From Octopus sinensis (lineage: Eukaryota): a DNA stretch of 64,000 bases. Position 1 is the stretch's first letter. Every line of letters starts with the position of its first letter. The notes beneath the pieces were generated by a model. The model worked only from the letters and a program-made list of their open reading frames with translations, did no database searches and was not told where the DNA came from. The DNA is taken from NCBI RefSeq assembly GCF_006345805.1, contig NC_043002.1:16864001-16928000 (forward strand). Direction: 5' to 3'. Position numbers and translations under genes: made by a program. Positions 35,928-50,439 of this stretch are shown piece after piece.

Positions 35928-37850
35928 AAAATCTGGGAACTCAAAAATAATAATAAAAATTATAACCTTAATTGGGAAATAGTTAGGAGAGCAATTCCGT
36001 ATAAAAATAGTAGGGTTGGTTGCCAACTATGCTCCATGGAGACGTATGAAATTCTAAAGCATAGAAAACATAGAAACTTATTGAATAATCATATCGAACT
36101 AGGTCTAGTTTGTGTCCACGCTAAATTGAAGACTTTAAAATATTTTAAATGATTAGAATATCCGTAACTAGATAGATAGATATAACTTGATTTCTACTAG
36201 TATAGCACTGCTTTAAGTAGATAACTAAGAGTTCTCACACCACAGTTATCTTTTTCCTTATATCTGCATCAGTTTTTAGGGAACAGGGAAATGAATAGCA
36301 CTTATACGCTGCTTAATTGAGGCTTTACCTAATTTCAAACTCATAATCTTTTAAATTCTTAATTTTAAATCTTAATTGTAATTTTTAATTTTAATTCCTA
36401 ACTTAATCTAATTTAAGTAGCATAACTCTAATAAAATAAAATGAGATACTATAGCCCCATAATTCTATTTCAAAATTAAATAAATAAGGCTACCCCCTCG
36501 GTGATAATATGATTATCTTCATTATGATAGACAATCCCCTAACACCTTGTAAATGATCTTCTAAGATTTGACCTGTAGTCCGTCAATGTATGAATAATAA
36601 CGGCAACTCCTTAAGACAATAAAATGAATAACTTAAATAAGTAAGTTTTATTGACTTTTTGATAAGATTATACTTAGATTTTCCTAATGTATTTCTTTTG
36701 ATTTTAGCATCTGACCCCTAAACCCCTGACTGTGTTATCTCTTTAGATTCTCTTTAAATTCATAGCTGATTTCAACAGCAATAATTAACTGTTTTACTGG
36801 CCAAAGAATAATATCTCCTCTAGTTCATAGATGCCTGTAAATTAAAACCAGACTTGCCGTCTACTAATTCTTCTGGATAACTAGAACCCTCTTTTTTATT
36901 TTTATTTTTTTCCCTTCTTTCCCTATTTCTTTCTCTTTTCTCTTTTTTCTGTTTCTTCTTCTTATTCTCTTTTTCCTTTTCTCTTCTCTTTTAGTCCCCT
37001 TCCCCCCCCCCTTTTTTGCTCCCTCCTCCCTTATTTTCTCTCTTTTCTTCTATTCCCTTCCCTTTCTATTCTTGGCCTCTCCAGAGGCCCTTCAGCCTTT
37101 ATAAGTTAAATAGCTACAGCCTCTTGTAAATAGCAGTAATGTGATTAATGTGGCAAATACCTAATCATATAACAAGAATTGATACCTACCTCATTGTGTT
37201 CAACCATTGATAAATTTATCGCCTGTGAATATGAAATTCCTCTTCATTTCTCTGGAAACTTACATCTACACCATTGGAAATTGTGCATCTATACAAAGGA
37301 TTAATTCACCCTCTCTGTAATGCTAATAAGCAGGAATTGAGACCCACCTCGTTGTGATTAACAATGGATAAATTTGTCTTCTGTGAGTATGTAATCCCTC
37401 ATCATATCTCTGGAAATTCATATGTGCTCTATGGATTAGGTCACCTTCTCTGTGATGCTATTAGAACTTTTTTAAAATTCTGTGATAAGACTGTACATCA
37501 TCTTTAAAGAACTTTAATGAACTTTGGAAATCTGTTTATGTTACTTAATTATCTACATTACTTCATGAGTATAGCCTCAACCACTAGGATGTCTAGAGAA
37601 CTCACATGTATTTTAGCTGATGAGTACGGGACACGTTTATATGCTGTAATTTTTACAACTTTTAATAAAGCCTGTCCTTGTATGAAACGATTGTACTAAA
37701 AACCTATCCATTCTTGTTGCTTCTTTCTCGCTTATAATCACCCCACATTACTGTATTGTTAAAACAGTATAGTTTTTTTTTTGGTGCATCTAAGTTAGGT
37801 ACCATATTCAAGTAAATTCATTTAAATTAACTTGAATCTTTATTGCTTTT
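35928..37850 (+). mobile_element. Penelope-like insertion (GIY-YIG C-terminus plus downstream sequence) inside the SINE microsatellite
   Basis: 35929-36152 translates to IWELKNNNKNYNLNWEIVRRAIPYKNSRVGCQLCSMETYEIL...NLLNNHIELGLVCVH, the conserved PLE GIY-YIG tail. The extent beyond about 36200 is inferred from the split SINE. Confidence 0.7.
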
Positions 37851-37852
37851 TG

Positions 37853-37869
<17 letters not shown>

Positions 37870-37909
<40 letters not shown>

Positions 37910-38120
37910 ATATGTTTGTGTGTCTGTGTTTGTCCCCCACCTAACATCGCTTGACAACAGATGCTGGTGTGTTTACGTCCCCGTAAATTAGCGGTTCAGC
38001 AAACGAGACCGATAGAATAAGTACTAGGGTTACAAAGTATAAGTCCTGGGGTCGATTGGCTGACTAAATGCAGTGCTACAGCAAGGCCGCAGTCAAATGA
38101 CTGAAACAAGTAAAGAGTAT
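37870..38120 (+). mobile_element. SINE family A, 3' half
   Basis: (TG)n, TGTGTCTGTGTTTGTCCCC...GAAACAAGTAAAGAG. Confidence 0.88.
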
Positions 38121-38125
38121 ATATT

Positions 38126-38212
<87 letters not shown>

Positions 38213-38753
38213 CATACATATATATATATAATACAGAGACGGTTTACATTGTCATCTAATTTCATTATATCTATACTTTAATACATATGCTTGCGTTTGA
38301 GTTTCAATACGCACACATGTATATATACATATACATACGTATAAATGTGCGTGCACTCGCGCATGTGTGTGTATATATATACATGAAAACATCGTAGATT
38401 AGAGGCGCCACCCATTTCATGCGAATAGCAATGGAGTTGAGAAGGAATACCAATTTATCAACAACGAGATTTGTTTGGATGTTTTCAACACTTTGCAAAC
38501 CGGTGAGGATCAGCGTTATTTGGAGGAATTTTTCCTACATGATTTCATTTGTTAATGCAAGTGTTGTTTACGTATATGTTTGTTTACATGTAGGTTTCCA
38601 ATGTACATATTTGTTCGGATTGCAATACAGTATTGTTCATGCAGATGTCAGTAAAATACATATCTGCTTAAATGTAAACATACATACATATATACATATA
38701 AACATACCAACATACATACTTACATACACACACACACACGCACACACACACAC

Positions 38754-38809
<56 letters not shown>

Positions 38810-40053
38810 TACATATAGCAATTTCGTGATTAATAATATTGGGGAAAACTATTCCGAGAGGGAAATTGTGTGTACTACAGGATATTGTGTGTACTAAAGG
38901 ATATTATGCTTAAATTTTCTTTTATGCTTTCAGCTCAAGTCCGTATCCACCACAGGACACAAGATTCTAATTGTAAAAACAAAAACACACTTCAGCCAAA
39001 GATACTCGATTTCAGTCGGAAATGATGTTTTTCAAATGTAAATTACTTCAGCAAATTTCTAGTTTACAAATTACTAAACTACATTTCTCGAATCAAATTA
39101 TCTTTTCTTCTCTTTCATGTTAATATATAAGTTGTGCAACATTCGTAAGCGCCTGAAAACTTACTGCAGCTTTCTTAAGCGCCTGAACAATAAAACACAA
39201 GAGACTCTCTACAACTGAATTTATATATTCAATGCTACATGCGACCAAACCAGCCGCATCACTATATAGATCCAAAATATATAATTCTTAATAAATTCGG
39301 ACCAAAGGCAGCTACTTTGCATGTAGTGTACGAGTTGATTACATGAACCACTGCATTTTATTATTACTTTATTTTATCGAGCCCCGGACCCGGGAAAGGG
39401 AATTAGAAAGGATTTCAGCGCAGAACAAAAAATATATATATATACCGAAAAAAAAATTTTGTAGGACGGGCAAACAATTCTGACAGCTCTAATCAAATAC
39501 TAATACTCTTATTTGTTATAGGCACAATTCCTAAAATCTTGGATGAGGAGCGAATCAATTACATGAACCCCAGTACTCAACTGGTACTCATTCTATCGCT
39601 CCCGATGTATGAAATGCAAGCGTAAAGCATTTTACCCGACGTATTGTCGATTCAGCAAGCTCGTCTCCTTAAATCCCAAATTAATAATAAATGTAAACTC
39701 CTCAACATTCGTTTAAACACATTACTGTCCACAAATTATGCATGCGTACACAAACATTTTTTTAACGCAATCATACAGAAATAACCAAAGAATCAAGGAT
39801 TTCTTATACATGGCACATATCACGTGCAATACACACACTTCTTCGCTCCAGAGTAATTTTGAGAAAGAAGTTAATTGAAAATGGCATAGACGTGGGTATT
39901 GCTGTATGGTTAAGAAGCTCCCTTTGTTACCACGTGATTTCAGTTTCAATCCCATGCGGTGGAAGGCTGCACAAATATTTCCGACTATAGTCGATCAATG
40001 CCGCGAGAGTGAATTCACAAGATTGAAATAGATTAGAAATCTGTCGCACATAC

Positions 40054-40061
40054 ATGTGTGT

Positions 40062-40102
<41 letters not shown>

Positions 40103-40135
40103 TGTATGTGTGTGTATGTGTGTGTGTGTGTGTAC

Positions 40136-40170
<35 letters not shown>

Positions 40171-40220
40171 TGTATGTGTGTGTATGTGTGTGTATGTGTG
40201 TGGTGTGTGTGTGTGTGTGT

Positions 40221-40267
<47 letters not shown>

Positions 40268-40270
40268 ACG
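40054..40270. repeat. (TG)n microsatellite
   Basis: Read directly. Confidence 0.97.
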
Positions 40271-40382
40271 CATTTGTGTTTCATCCCGTCATTCTCTTGA
40301 AAACCGGTGTCGGTGTTTGTATATAACCCGTAACTTAGCAGTTTCAGAGATTACAGTTATGAGAGAATAAGATAGATATATA

Positions 40383-40824
40383 TTTTCTTGCTTCAATCAT
40401 TTGACAGCGGTCATGCTGGAGCACCGCTTTTAGTCGAACGAATCACCCCCAGGGCTTATTCTTTCTAAAGCCTAGAACATATTTCTATCAGTCTCTATTG
40501 CCGAACTGCTACGTTACGGAGGCGTAAACACACCGACATCAGTTTCCAGCGATGATTGGTGGGGACAAAGACTCACACACACACACACACACACACACAC
40601 AAATACATACATACACAGACATACAGATTCACAAACAGTCACACAAACGTACATATATACAATGCGCTTCTTTCAGTTTCCGTCTAATAAAAACACTCAC
40701 AAGGCTTTGGTCGACACGAGGCCCTAGTAGGAGAGACTTGCCTAAGATGCCACGCAGTGGGAGTAAACTCGGAACCATGTTGTTTGGAAGCAAGCTTGTT
40801 ACCGCACAGCCACTCCTGTACCTG
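40383..40824 (-). mobile_element. SINE family A
   Basis: Reverse complement of the family A body; head CACAGCCACTCCTG at 40805-40818. Confidence 0.88.
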
Positions 40825-40825
40825 T

Positions 40826-40844
40826 GATAGATACAGATAGATAA

Positions 40845-40901
<57 letters not shown>

Positions 40902-40908
40902 CAGATAC

Positions 40909-40953
<45 letters not shown>

Positions 40954-40992
40954 CAGATATATAGATAGATAGACAGATAGACAGATAGATAT
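40826..40992. repeat. (GATA)n array
   Basis: Read directly. Confidence 0.97.
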
Positions 40993-42963
40993 GTTTCTTT
41001 ATTAGCCACACAGGGCTGCACACAGATAGAACAAATTACAAGGTAGAGCTTTTCTTTTGAAGGTTTAAAAAAAAAAATAAATAAATAAATAAATTTTAAA
41101 AAAATAAATCAAAAAAAAAATAATAATAATAAAATAACAAATAAAATAAAATAAAAAAGGGGGGGTCGATCAAAAGGGATCGTAAAAGGAGAGAAAGAGG
41201 ACAAAAAAGGGGGGGGGTTAAAAAAAAGGGGGAGAGGAAAAAAAATTGATCAATAGGGATCGTTATCACAGAATTGTCAATATGAAGTGTAAAGGGGAGG
41301 ACAGGTGAGGTTTACCCGTGGAAAGAAAAGCCTACGGAAAAGACCACGGTAACCTCGGTCAATGAAGTCACATGTTATATTTCTTTTTTTTTTTTTTGCA
41401 AATAAGCAACTCTCTGTATTAATTTTTACGGTTCATAGAATCATAGTCAAGGTGGCTTCGTCATTCATACGTGCCATCCTTGCTACATTCACCCATCTTT
41501 TTTTAAAACATTCACTAGACAAAACTTGCCTCTCTACTCTCACTTTTTCTTCAAGTGATACTTGAAGAAGTTGATGAGAGATTGACCAGAGAGGAAAGTG
41601 TTTGTCTCTAATCCTTTCAGACGCGTCCACCAGATACATTCTTTCGCCATAGCCACAAGTATGATAAAAATAGCTCTTCCTTCCCGTTTGAAGGAAGGAG
41701 GCGTGACGATATTAACGATAGACTCGGCTGATAAACCGACACGTCCCACACGTGACAGCAGTCGTTCGACATAAGCCCACAGGTGGGAAATTGCTGGACA
41801 CTGCACGATTGCGTGCAGAGCGGTTTCGTCGCTCTGCCCGCATCTCGGGCAGGTCGGCCCCGTGTTTCTCGAGCCATGCCTATAGAGCTTATCCCGAACG
41901 GGTAGCGCTTCTCGGTAGCACCGCCAGGCCAGGGATCTCTGGAAGTTGTCCATAGGTCCCGGCCGAAAGTCGTTTGAAACAGGCGGGTCAGGTATTCCTC
42001 GTCGACGCCCAGGTTTGCCCCGAGCTCGTCGTCGCACCTCCCCTCCACTAATCCCCTATAGAATGCTTTGGTTGTGTTGAAGTCACTCAAGGTCGACCCG
42101 GGACGGCAGAGTTGCCTCAGAGCAACGCGACACTCGCGGTGCCATTCGCCCTTCTTCGGCCTCTTTTTGATCCACGACTGTAGTTCGGTCATGGAGACGA
42201 GTTACGGGAATGCGTGCCTCACAAACGGCGACCACTCCTGTTCACCGTCGTCTACATAGAGCCGGAGATGTCGCAGTCTCAGCGCGTGTCTGCGCATCAT
42301 CAACCACGGCATGCCCAGCCCTCCTTTTAACGGGTGTTGACAGCAAATGGATCGCCTGACCATCGGGACGCATCCTTTCCACAAGAAGCGGAAGAGGATG
42401 CGTTCTAGTTTGGTGATGGTAGGGTCGGGACAGGTACGACGGTCAGGCGGTAGTAGATGATGGACGCGATGTACGCGTTCACCACCTCCGCCCGACCTTT
42501 TAGGGACAGTTTCCTCTCGGCCCATTGCTGGGCGAGAGTGACCACCCTACTCGTTATCTCGTTCCAGTTCTTCTCCATTTGGAGGTCCGGACCGAACCAG
42601 ACCCCGAGCAACTCAACCGGGCCGTCTGTCCAGCGTCCCACGACGGAGGTACTGGTGGACGGCATGGGCTTGCTTCTCCAGGTGCCGAGCCGCAAGCCCA
42701 CTGACTTTTCCCGGTTGATTTTTGCTCCTGTCACCGCTTCGTAGTCTTTCAGTGTCTCGCCGACCCGCTCGATGTGCTCGTGGCTTGACACTATGACGGT
42801 GACGTCGTCCGCGTATGCAGACACGCTCGTCCCGCATCCTAATTCTCGCGGGATGCCCCTCAGAGTCGCCAGCTTCCGCAGTAGTGGCTCAAGAGTCAAT
42901 ACGTATAGAAGCGCCGAGAGGGGGCATCCCTGACGGACCGAACGTGCAATGTCGAAGGGTCTC
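40993..42963 (-). mobile_element. 5'-truncated L1/Tx1-clade LINE (RT plus C-terminal zinc finger), frameshifted
   Basis: SRPFDIARSVRQGCPLSALLYVLTLEPLL, AYADDVTV, LERILFRFLWKG, CPRCGQSDETALHAIVQCP. The 3' end AATAAAGAAAC abuts (TATC)n. Confidence 0.95.
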
Positions 42964-43865
<902 letters not shown>

Positions 43866-45239
43866 CATACACATACATACAAGCTTGCATACATACATAT
43901 ATACATACATACATTTTTACATGCATACATACATACATAGATATGTATATATGCACATAAAATATGAGTGCGTATATATGTGTGTGCATTGTGTTTTTCT
44001 GTAGTCCTATGCATGCATTGTATTTTTCAAAACACACTCAGATGGATAGATTTATATATAAATGTGTATATGTGCGTTTATATTTGTGGATGTAAAATGT
44101 TTATGCGTACATGTCTTTAGCAGTGAATGTTTTCAACGATATGATGTTGTGTGTGCGTGTGTGTGTGTGTCTCTGTGTGTGTATGTGTGTGTGTGTGTGT
44201 GTGTGTGTTTGTGTGGTTGAGTGTGTGTCTGTAGGTCTAACTTATATGACATAACCCAACAGTCTAAAGAATCTCAAATGCCACGAACCTGATATAAAAT
44301 TATCATCGATTCATAATTTTATTGCAGAGAAAAATAAGTTATAATATGATTTCATAACCTAATTATATTGTATTGTTTATCTGAAAATGTTTATCATCAA
44401 TAATGATTAGAGAAAGATCAGACATTCTGTGTTTTTTAACAAGTAAATACAATAGTTGATTTTGTTCACAACTCGACATATAATATAATAAGGTATGTAT
44501 GCATACAATATAATGCTGCTAGTACTCCGTTGCACGTGAAATGTCTACATGACTATCGAGTGCATAATATTTTTATTTGATTTACAAACAGTTCACTATG
44601 ATTTTCCTTCAATGTTCTGAAGCTTTAATATGCAGAATCTGTAAACCGAGATTTGAAGAATATTTTCACAGTATTCGTTTCGCTGCGCTATTGTCTGCAG
44701 GACATAAAGGGAAGCTGTTTACTTATGTAATTCAGCACATGTTAGTCTGGCAACAACTATCTTTCTGAATATCATACTAAACATCTGCTTCTGAACTTGC
44801 CAATATATTGAGAAAATCTATACTATATTTAAAAGAGAGAAACTCAGGGAATCATTCTGCATGCTAAATACACAAACCTCAAACTTTATTATTTATGAAT
44901 TCTGTCTAGTAACTGGTGCTAGCTTTTTCTGTGTAATTCTGAAAGTACGGAGATATATTCGTTACTATCGGTCGGGTTTAGAAGCAAAATTGACATCCAT
45001 ATCCGACGTCTTATAAATTTCAAAATTGTCGCCAAGCGGATGTTATTGAAGTCGTCTCTCTATTTTTTTTTAAAGTGTAATCATGTCTAAAAACAGTTTT
45101 ACCAACTCATCACTTGGAGATATTTTGTCGTTTTTACCAACTCATTACTTTACAAATGTGAATGCTTATCATATATGTATTTAGTACCATTTCTCGAAAA
45201 CGTACTGCTTATGTGCATTTTACACACACACACACACAG

Positions 45240-45650
45240 AGGAGTGGCTGTGTGGTAAGTAGCTTGTTTACCAACCACATGGTTCCGGGTTCAGTCCCAC
45301 TGCGTGGCACCTTGGGCAAGTGTCTTCTACTATAGCCTCGGGCCGACCAAAGCCTTGTGAGTGGATTTCGTAGACGGAAACTGAAAGAAGCCCGTCGTAT
45401 ATATGTATATGTACATGTGTGTGTGTGTGTTTGAGTGTCTGTGCTTGTCCCCCCAGCATCGCTTGACAATCGATGCTGGTGTGTTTATGTCCCCGTTACT
45501 TAGCGGTTCGGCAAAAAGAGACCGATAGCATAAGTACTGGGCTTACAAAAGAATAAGTCGCGGGGTCGAGTTGCTCGATTAAAGGCGGTGCTCCAGCATG
45601 GCCGCAGTGAAATGACTGAAACAAGTAAAAGAGTAATAGAGAAAAGAGAG
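45240..45650 (+). mobile_element. SINE family A, near full length
   Basis: Closest to consensus: GGAGTGGCTGTGTGGTAAG...CACCTTGGGCAAGTGTC...GAAACAAGTAAAAGAG. Confidence 0.93.
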
Positions 45651-46859
45651 TATATATATATTGATCTCGCTCAGCCGAACCATGCTACCGGTTATGTTTA
45701 GATATGAAGTATGCATAGAGGATCGGTTTGTGTTTTAATTGCTTAGACGATCTCAGTTAATTGAAGTGTTATGTGTACTATCTTCTAAATGAGGACACAA
45801 TATGCTCGACCTTTAACTGTTATCTCTATTTAAAGTTTTCTTCAAAAGCGTTGTTCTGTAATAACGTTCACCATACGAGAAATGTTCCACGTAAAATAGA
45901 TAAGACGAAACTTTGCCGACTCACTATTAAATATATAAGCCTGCTTGCAAATATAACAATGTGGTAGATGTAGTTCCGTTGTTTCTCCTACACATATATC
46001 GCAGCATTAAACTGCAAAAGACAGATCTTATTTATTTATTTATTTCATGAAACATTGTTGAACTAATTAGGAATTCTCGGAACACTGAAAGAGTTTCATC
46101 TCATCACAAAATACTTATATCAAACCATTTTAGCAAATAATATAAGTTTCAGTCGTGAAGACACGAAATCAGCCTAAAAACCAATAAGTAGTTGTTACTG
46201 ATTAGCACCGTGTCAGACCTCATTGAGCAATCCTGACATTAAAATCATTCGATTAGAAATTTTTGCCATTAATGCCAATCCAACCGTAATTTTCCCTTCT
46301 TTTCAGGCTTATCTTATATAAGATTATACGTTGCGCCTGTCACATTTTTAGAGAGTGCTGTAGAGTATAGGTGATTAATGTTAGATATTTATTGAAGATC
46401 GAGTAAGAACGGTGAAGCTTCATTAACCAATTTAGGTATAGCAGTTTAAATTCCAATCTCGTAGTAAATTTCACGCTTTCAAAATACTAACAATCATCAA
46501 ATAGCAGACTGTAACAGTGGAAGTTGTGTAAATTTCACAATGAACAATCAGAGTCACATCAAATGAAGATTCATTGTTCGTTGAATGTCTCACGATGTTT
46601 CATACTCACTGCTCAGCATTAAAATATGGAAATTGATGTTACACAATGGTAGTAGGATCATTCTTTTAGCGTGCATTTTGAAATGTAATATGTAATAGAA
46701 TTATAGTAAGTACCTAAAAAAAATTGGTGCACACAAAACGAACCCGAACAGATCATGTGTGAGTTAATGACACTGAATAGAAATTTCAGTAACAATTTGT
46801 GATTTCTTCTCTATTTTATTTTCCTATATTGCTTGCCGCCCTCTCTCTCTCCATCTCCC

Positions 46860-46898
<39 letters not shown>

Positions 46899-47273
46899 AA
46901 AGTGTGTTTTAGTGCGTGAGTTTCTGTCCGAGCATGTGTCTATGAATGTTTGTATATATATTGATAAAAAAAAAAGAAAGAGAAATTCAGAGAGAAAAAA
47001 AATGAAGGTATGGTCAAATGACACCTCATTACATGTATGCAACAGAGGATATTTCGCAGGTTGAATGAGGTAAATTATTCTACCTGCTCGATTCCATGCT
47101 GCTTTACTTAGGGTATATGGCAGATTTTTTTTTATTTTTAAATTGTCATGAATGTAAATGCTGGTGGACGTAAAATTAAATTTATATGTTATTCTTTATG
47201 TTAACATGACTTTCATAGCTCCATAAAGCATATAAGATTTTTGTCTCTGAGTGTGTATGCGTGTGTGTGTGTG

Positions 47274-47309
<36 letters not shown>

Positions 47310-47384
47310 AGTGTATTTTGAATGCATACATATGTTTTTCGGTGTGCTGGGAAACACACTTGCATGCGGACTTAGTTTACAATA

Positions 47385-47768
47385 TGGTGTTAAATTAGCT
47401 TACCAACCACATGGCTCCGAGTTCAGTCCCACTGCGTGGCACTTTGGGGGAGTGACTTCTACTATAGCTTCGGCCGACGAAAGTCTTGTAAGTTGATTTG
47501 GTAGACGGAAACTGAAAGAGGCCCGTTGTATATATGTATATATGTGTGGGGGGTGTATGTTTGTGTGTCTGCGTTTGTCCCTCAATATCGCTTGACAACT
47601 GATGCTGTTGTGTTTAAGTCCCCGTCACTTAGCCGTTCGGCAATAGAGACCAATAGAATAAGTACTGGGCTTACGAGAGAATAAGTCCTGGGTTAGATTT
47701 GTTCGACTAAAGACGGTTTTCCAGCATGGCTGCAGTCACATGACTAAAACAATTAAAAGGGTAAAAGA
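47385..47768 (+). mobile_element. SINE family A, diverged
   Basis: Colinear with 45240-45650. Confidence 0.88.
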
Positions 47769-50439
47769 ATAATTGATACAGATTCTGTCGTACCACTCTA
47801 TGCAGTCGAAAATCTAAAGCATAACAAATAATTCCCTTTATGAAAACTGAGCCTATCAGTTGAATGGCATGGTTCAACGGACAGAAATTATATATATGAT
47901 TACTACGATATGTTGTGACAGACTTAGGAGGGGATGGACAACAATCCTAAACCGATGCAAATCCACTAAACTTCTTTATTTTAGTTAAGGAAATGAAATT
48001 AATTCTCTCCCTTGTTTTCTCTCTAGATACATGGTCCAGATATTGCAGAACACTGGAGTCTTTAATGTCACTAAATGATCAGCTTGTGATGCTAGACTGA
48101 GCGACAGATAAGTTATATCACCCAATCATATCGTAAATATATCTGCACAGCGTCTGTCCTAAGGATTTGCTCACAAAATACGGTTCAAACAAGTTTGTGA
48201 TAGAAGGTTAGAAAAGCTTGCATCAAGTGCCCTGCAGATAAATTTGGAAAATAACGGAATAAATTCATACTGCTTTATACACAAATGCATCTGGTAAATA
48301 ATGAATTACACAGAGTTATTTAGAACCTAGTGCCCCAGATTTACAGCACAAAGGTAAATTTCTAAGGGCAGCTAATGATAATACTAAAAAGAAAAAGAAA
48401 TAAAATTTCAGTATCCGTTTTCAATTTACTGTATTATTGTTACTACTTAGATCTCACAACTGTAATTTTACAATTTGAACATCAAAGCGGTTAGGGATAT
48501 ATTTCCTTAAAATAAATGCAACTTCATAAAATCGGCAGTTAGTTTCTACCATTTCCAGAATAACCATATCATTCATTTGACAAGAATTTCAATAATCGAT
48601 AAATAAAACCATTCATTTAAATATTGACGGTAACTACACACGCTCTTATGGCGCTTGCTTTACATCCTTGTCAATATTCTTGAAATGTTCAATCAGAATT
48701 TAGTATTTGTAAAGAAAATTAAATTAGATCTAAACTTCAAGCAATACTTTACAAGTACTTTGTTAGTTCGGGAATAATGTAATTAAATCAAAAAGTAATG
48801 AAATGTTCTTGAAATACATCTATTCAACGCAAATAGTAAAAGTATAAATGACGAGGAATATTAAGACGGCTAAATCACATTCACAATAAAATGTTATTCT
48901 GATTTATGAAACCAAATTACAAATATGCAAGTCTTGCGACCAAACAAGTGCAAATCTTACAATTTCTATACGTACATTGTTCGGACCAAAATGTTTTATT
49001 GAATGTTGTTGCTTGAAATGAAAATTCCGATATGTATTTCAAAATAATTCAAATGTTATAGAATCAGTAAAATGAATATGTGTAACTAGAGACTATAAGT
49101 ATGTACACAGACTTATTCACACACCCAGTTCATATTAGAAAACGTGTTTGCATATGTAAAATTATTCATTATATAAGCAGATGGACTAATATAAACTAAT
49201 GCTCTCCTTCCTTCTCTCTTTCAATTTGGAATAAACTATACATACGTGTATACACACAGAGACACACACGCACAAAAATGCACACGCACACATATAAATT
49301 TGAATTTAATATACAAATGAAAGTACTAGTAATAGTTACATGCTTTTGTGATACTTGAACAGTCATATTAATAAAATATGTTATATATCTCAAATTAATC
49401 GTTCACGTTTTGTTTACGCGCTATATATATAATTTAAAAGCAAGGACGCTGGACAGTGAGAAAATGAGAAAATAAAACGAAACAAACGTAAAGTATTTTC
49501 GTGCAAAACTTGGAATGAGTAAAAAGAAACAAACGAAATCAAGAAGTTTTAGATTCTCATCATCCCTGATTACAGAGAAGTCATTAAGTGCAACTGCTAG
49601 AGAGGAAAATAGTAGAAAATATCCCAAAGGCTGCGAGACAGCAACTCAGTCCGAAGCGGGTGGTTCCTTCCACTTCGATAAAAGAAACTTGTCCATGTGT
49701 TCACACCTGCTAAATTTCAAATCTGGAATTAAGCAGTGTGGCGGAATTACTGGATCTAAGAAGCCTATGAGATCTTTTAGCTGCAAATACGCCTTGCATT
49801 TCTCCACTATTCTCCACTTAATTGTATGTGGTGGGGGGGAGCTCTTCAAAACAATCGTGGCTAGCCAAATTAATTGCATTATTTTTATCGTTTTGCCGGA
49901 AGGCAAATAGTTGATCTGAATAAGGTCTCTGAAATTAACCATCACATAACCATATGTAATTCTCCTTTTTAATTGATGTATCTTGAAGGGTAAACGTAAC
50001 CCCAGCATCGCGTAATACGGAGGTTATCATGTACGCCTGGTCAAGTTGTCATCTTTCAGGGTCGCGAGAGTTACAACTGAGTGGTCTTTTTGGAATTATA
50101 ATTAGTTGTAATGTTCTTCATATTGGTGCAGCTTGTGTATGTCATTTTAATTGAACATCTGTTAAAATACGTAATTTATAGAAGTAAAAGTTATACGCTT
50201 ACACAAATGGAAAAGAACTCAAGACAATAATATCATTTTATGAGGAGGAGAAGGACATACTTTAAGTTTCATAGCAAATCTTGCTGCACATTAACTAATT
50301 TATTGCATTTCATATTACAAAGAAAGTATATTCTACGTAATTTCTTAGATTCTACGTAAACCAAGTCTTTTTGGCAATACAAAAATAATGGGGAACTACG
50401 AAAGAACAATCAGCCATCCCCTGTATATCATCGTCGTCT

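Noticed and set aside
37065-37100. GGCCTCT/AGAGGCC hairpin after CTGAAG on the minus strand, and CTGATGAGTACGGGAC at about 37617
   Set aside because: The GAAAC half of the core is absent in both; too degenerate to call.
49420-50010. Overlapping opposite-strand ORFs (131 and 120 aa) after a TATA-like stretch, as a possible promoter and first exon
   Set aside because: No recognisable homology or convincing splice donor; cannot be separated from chance.
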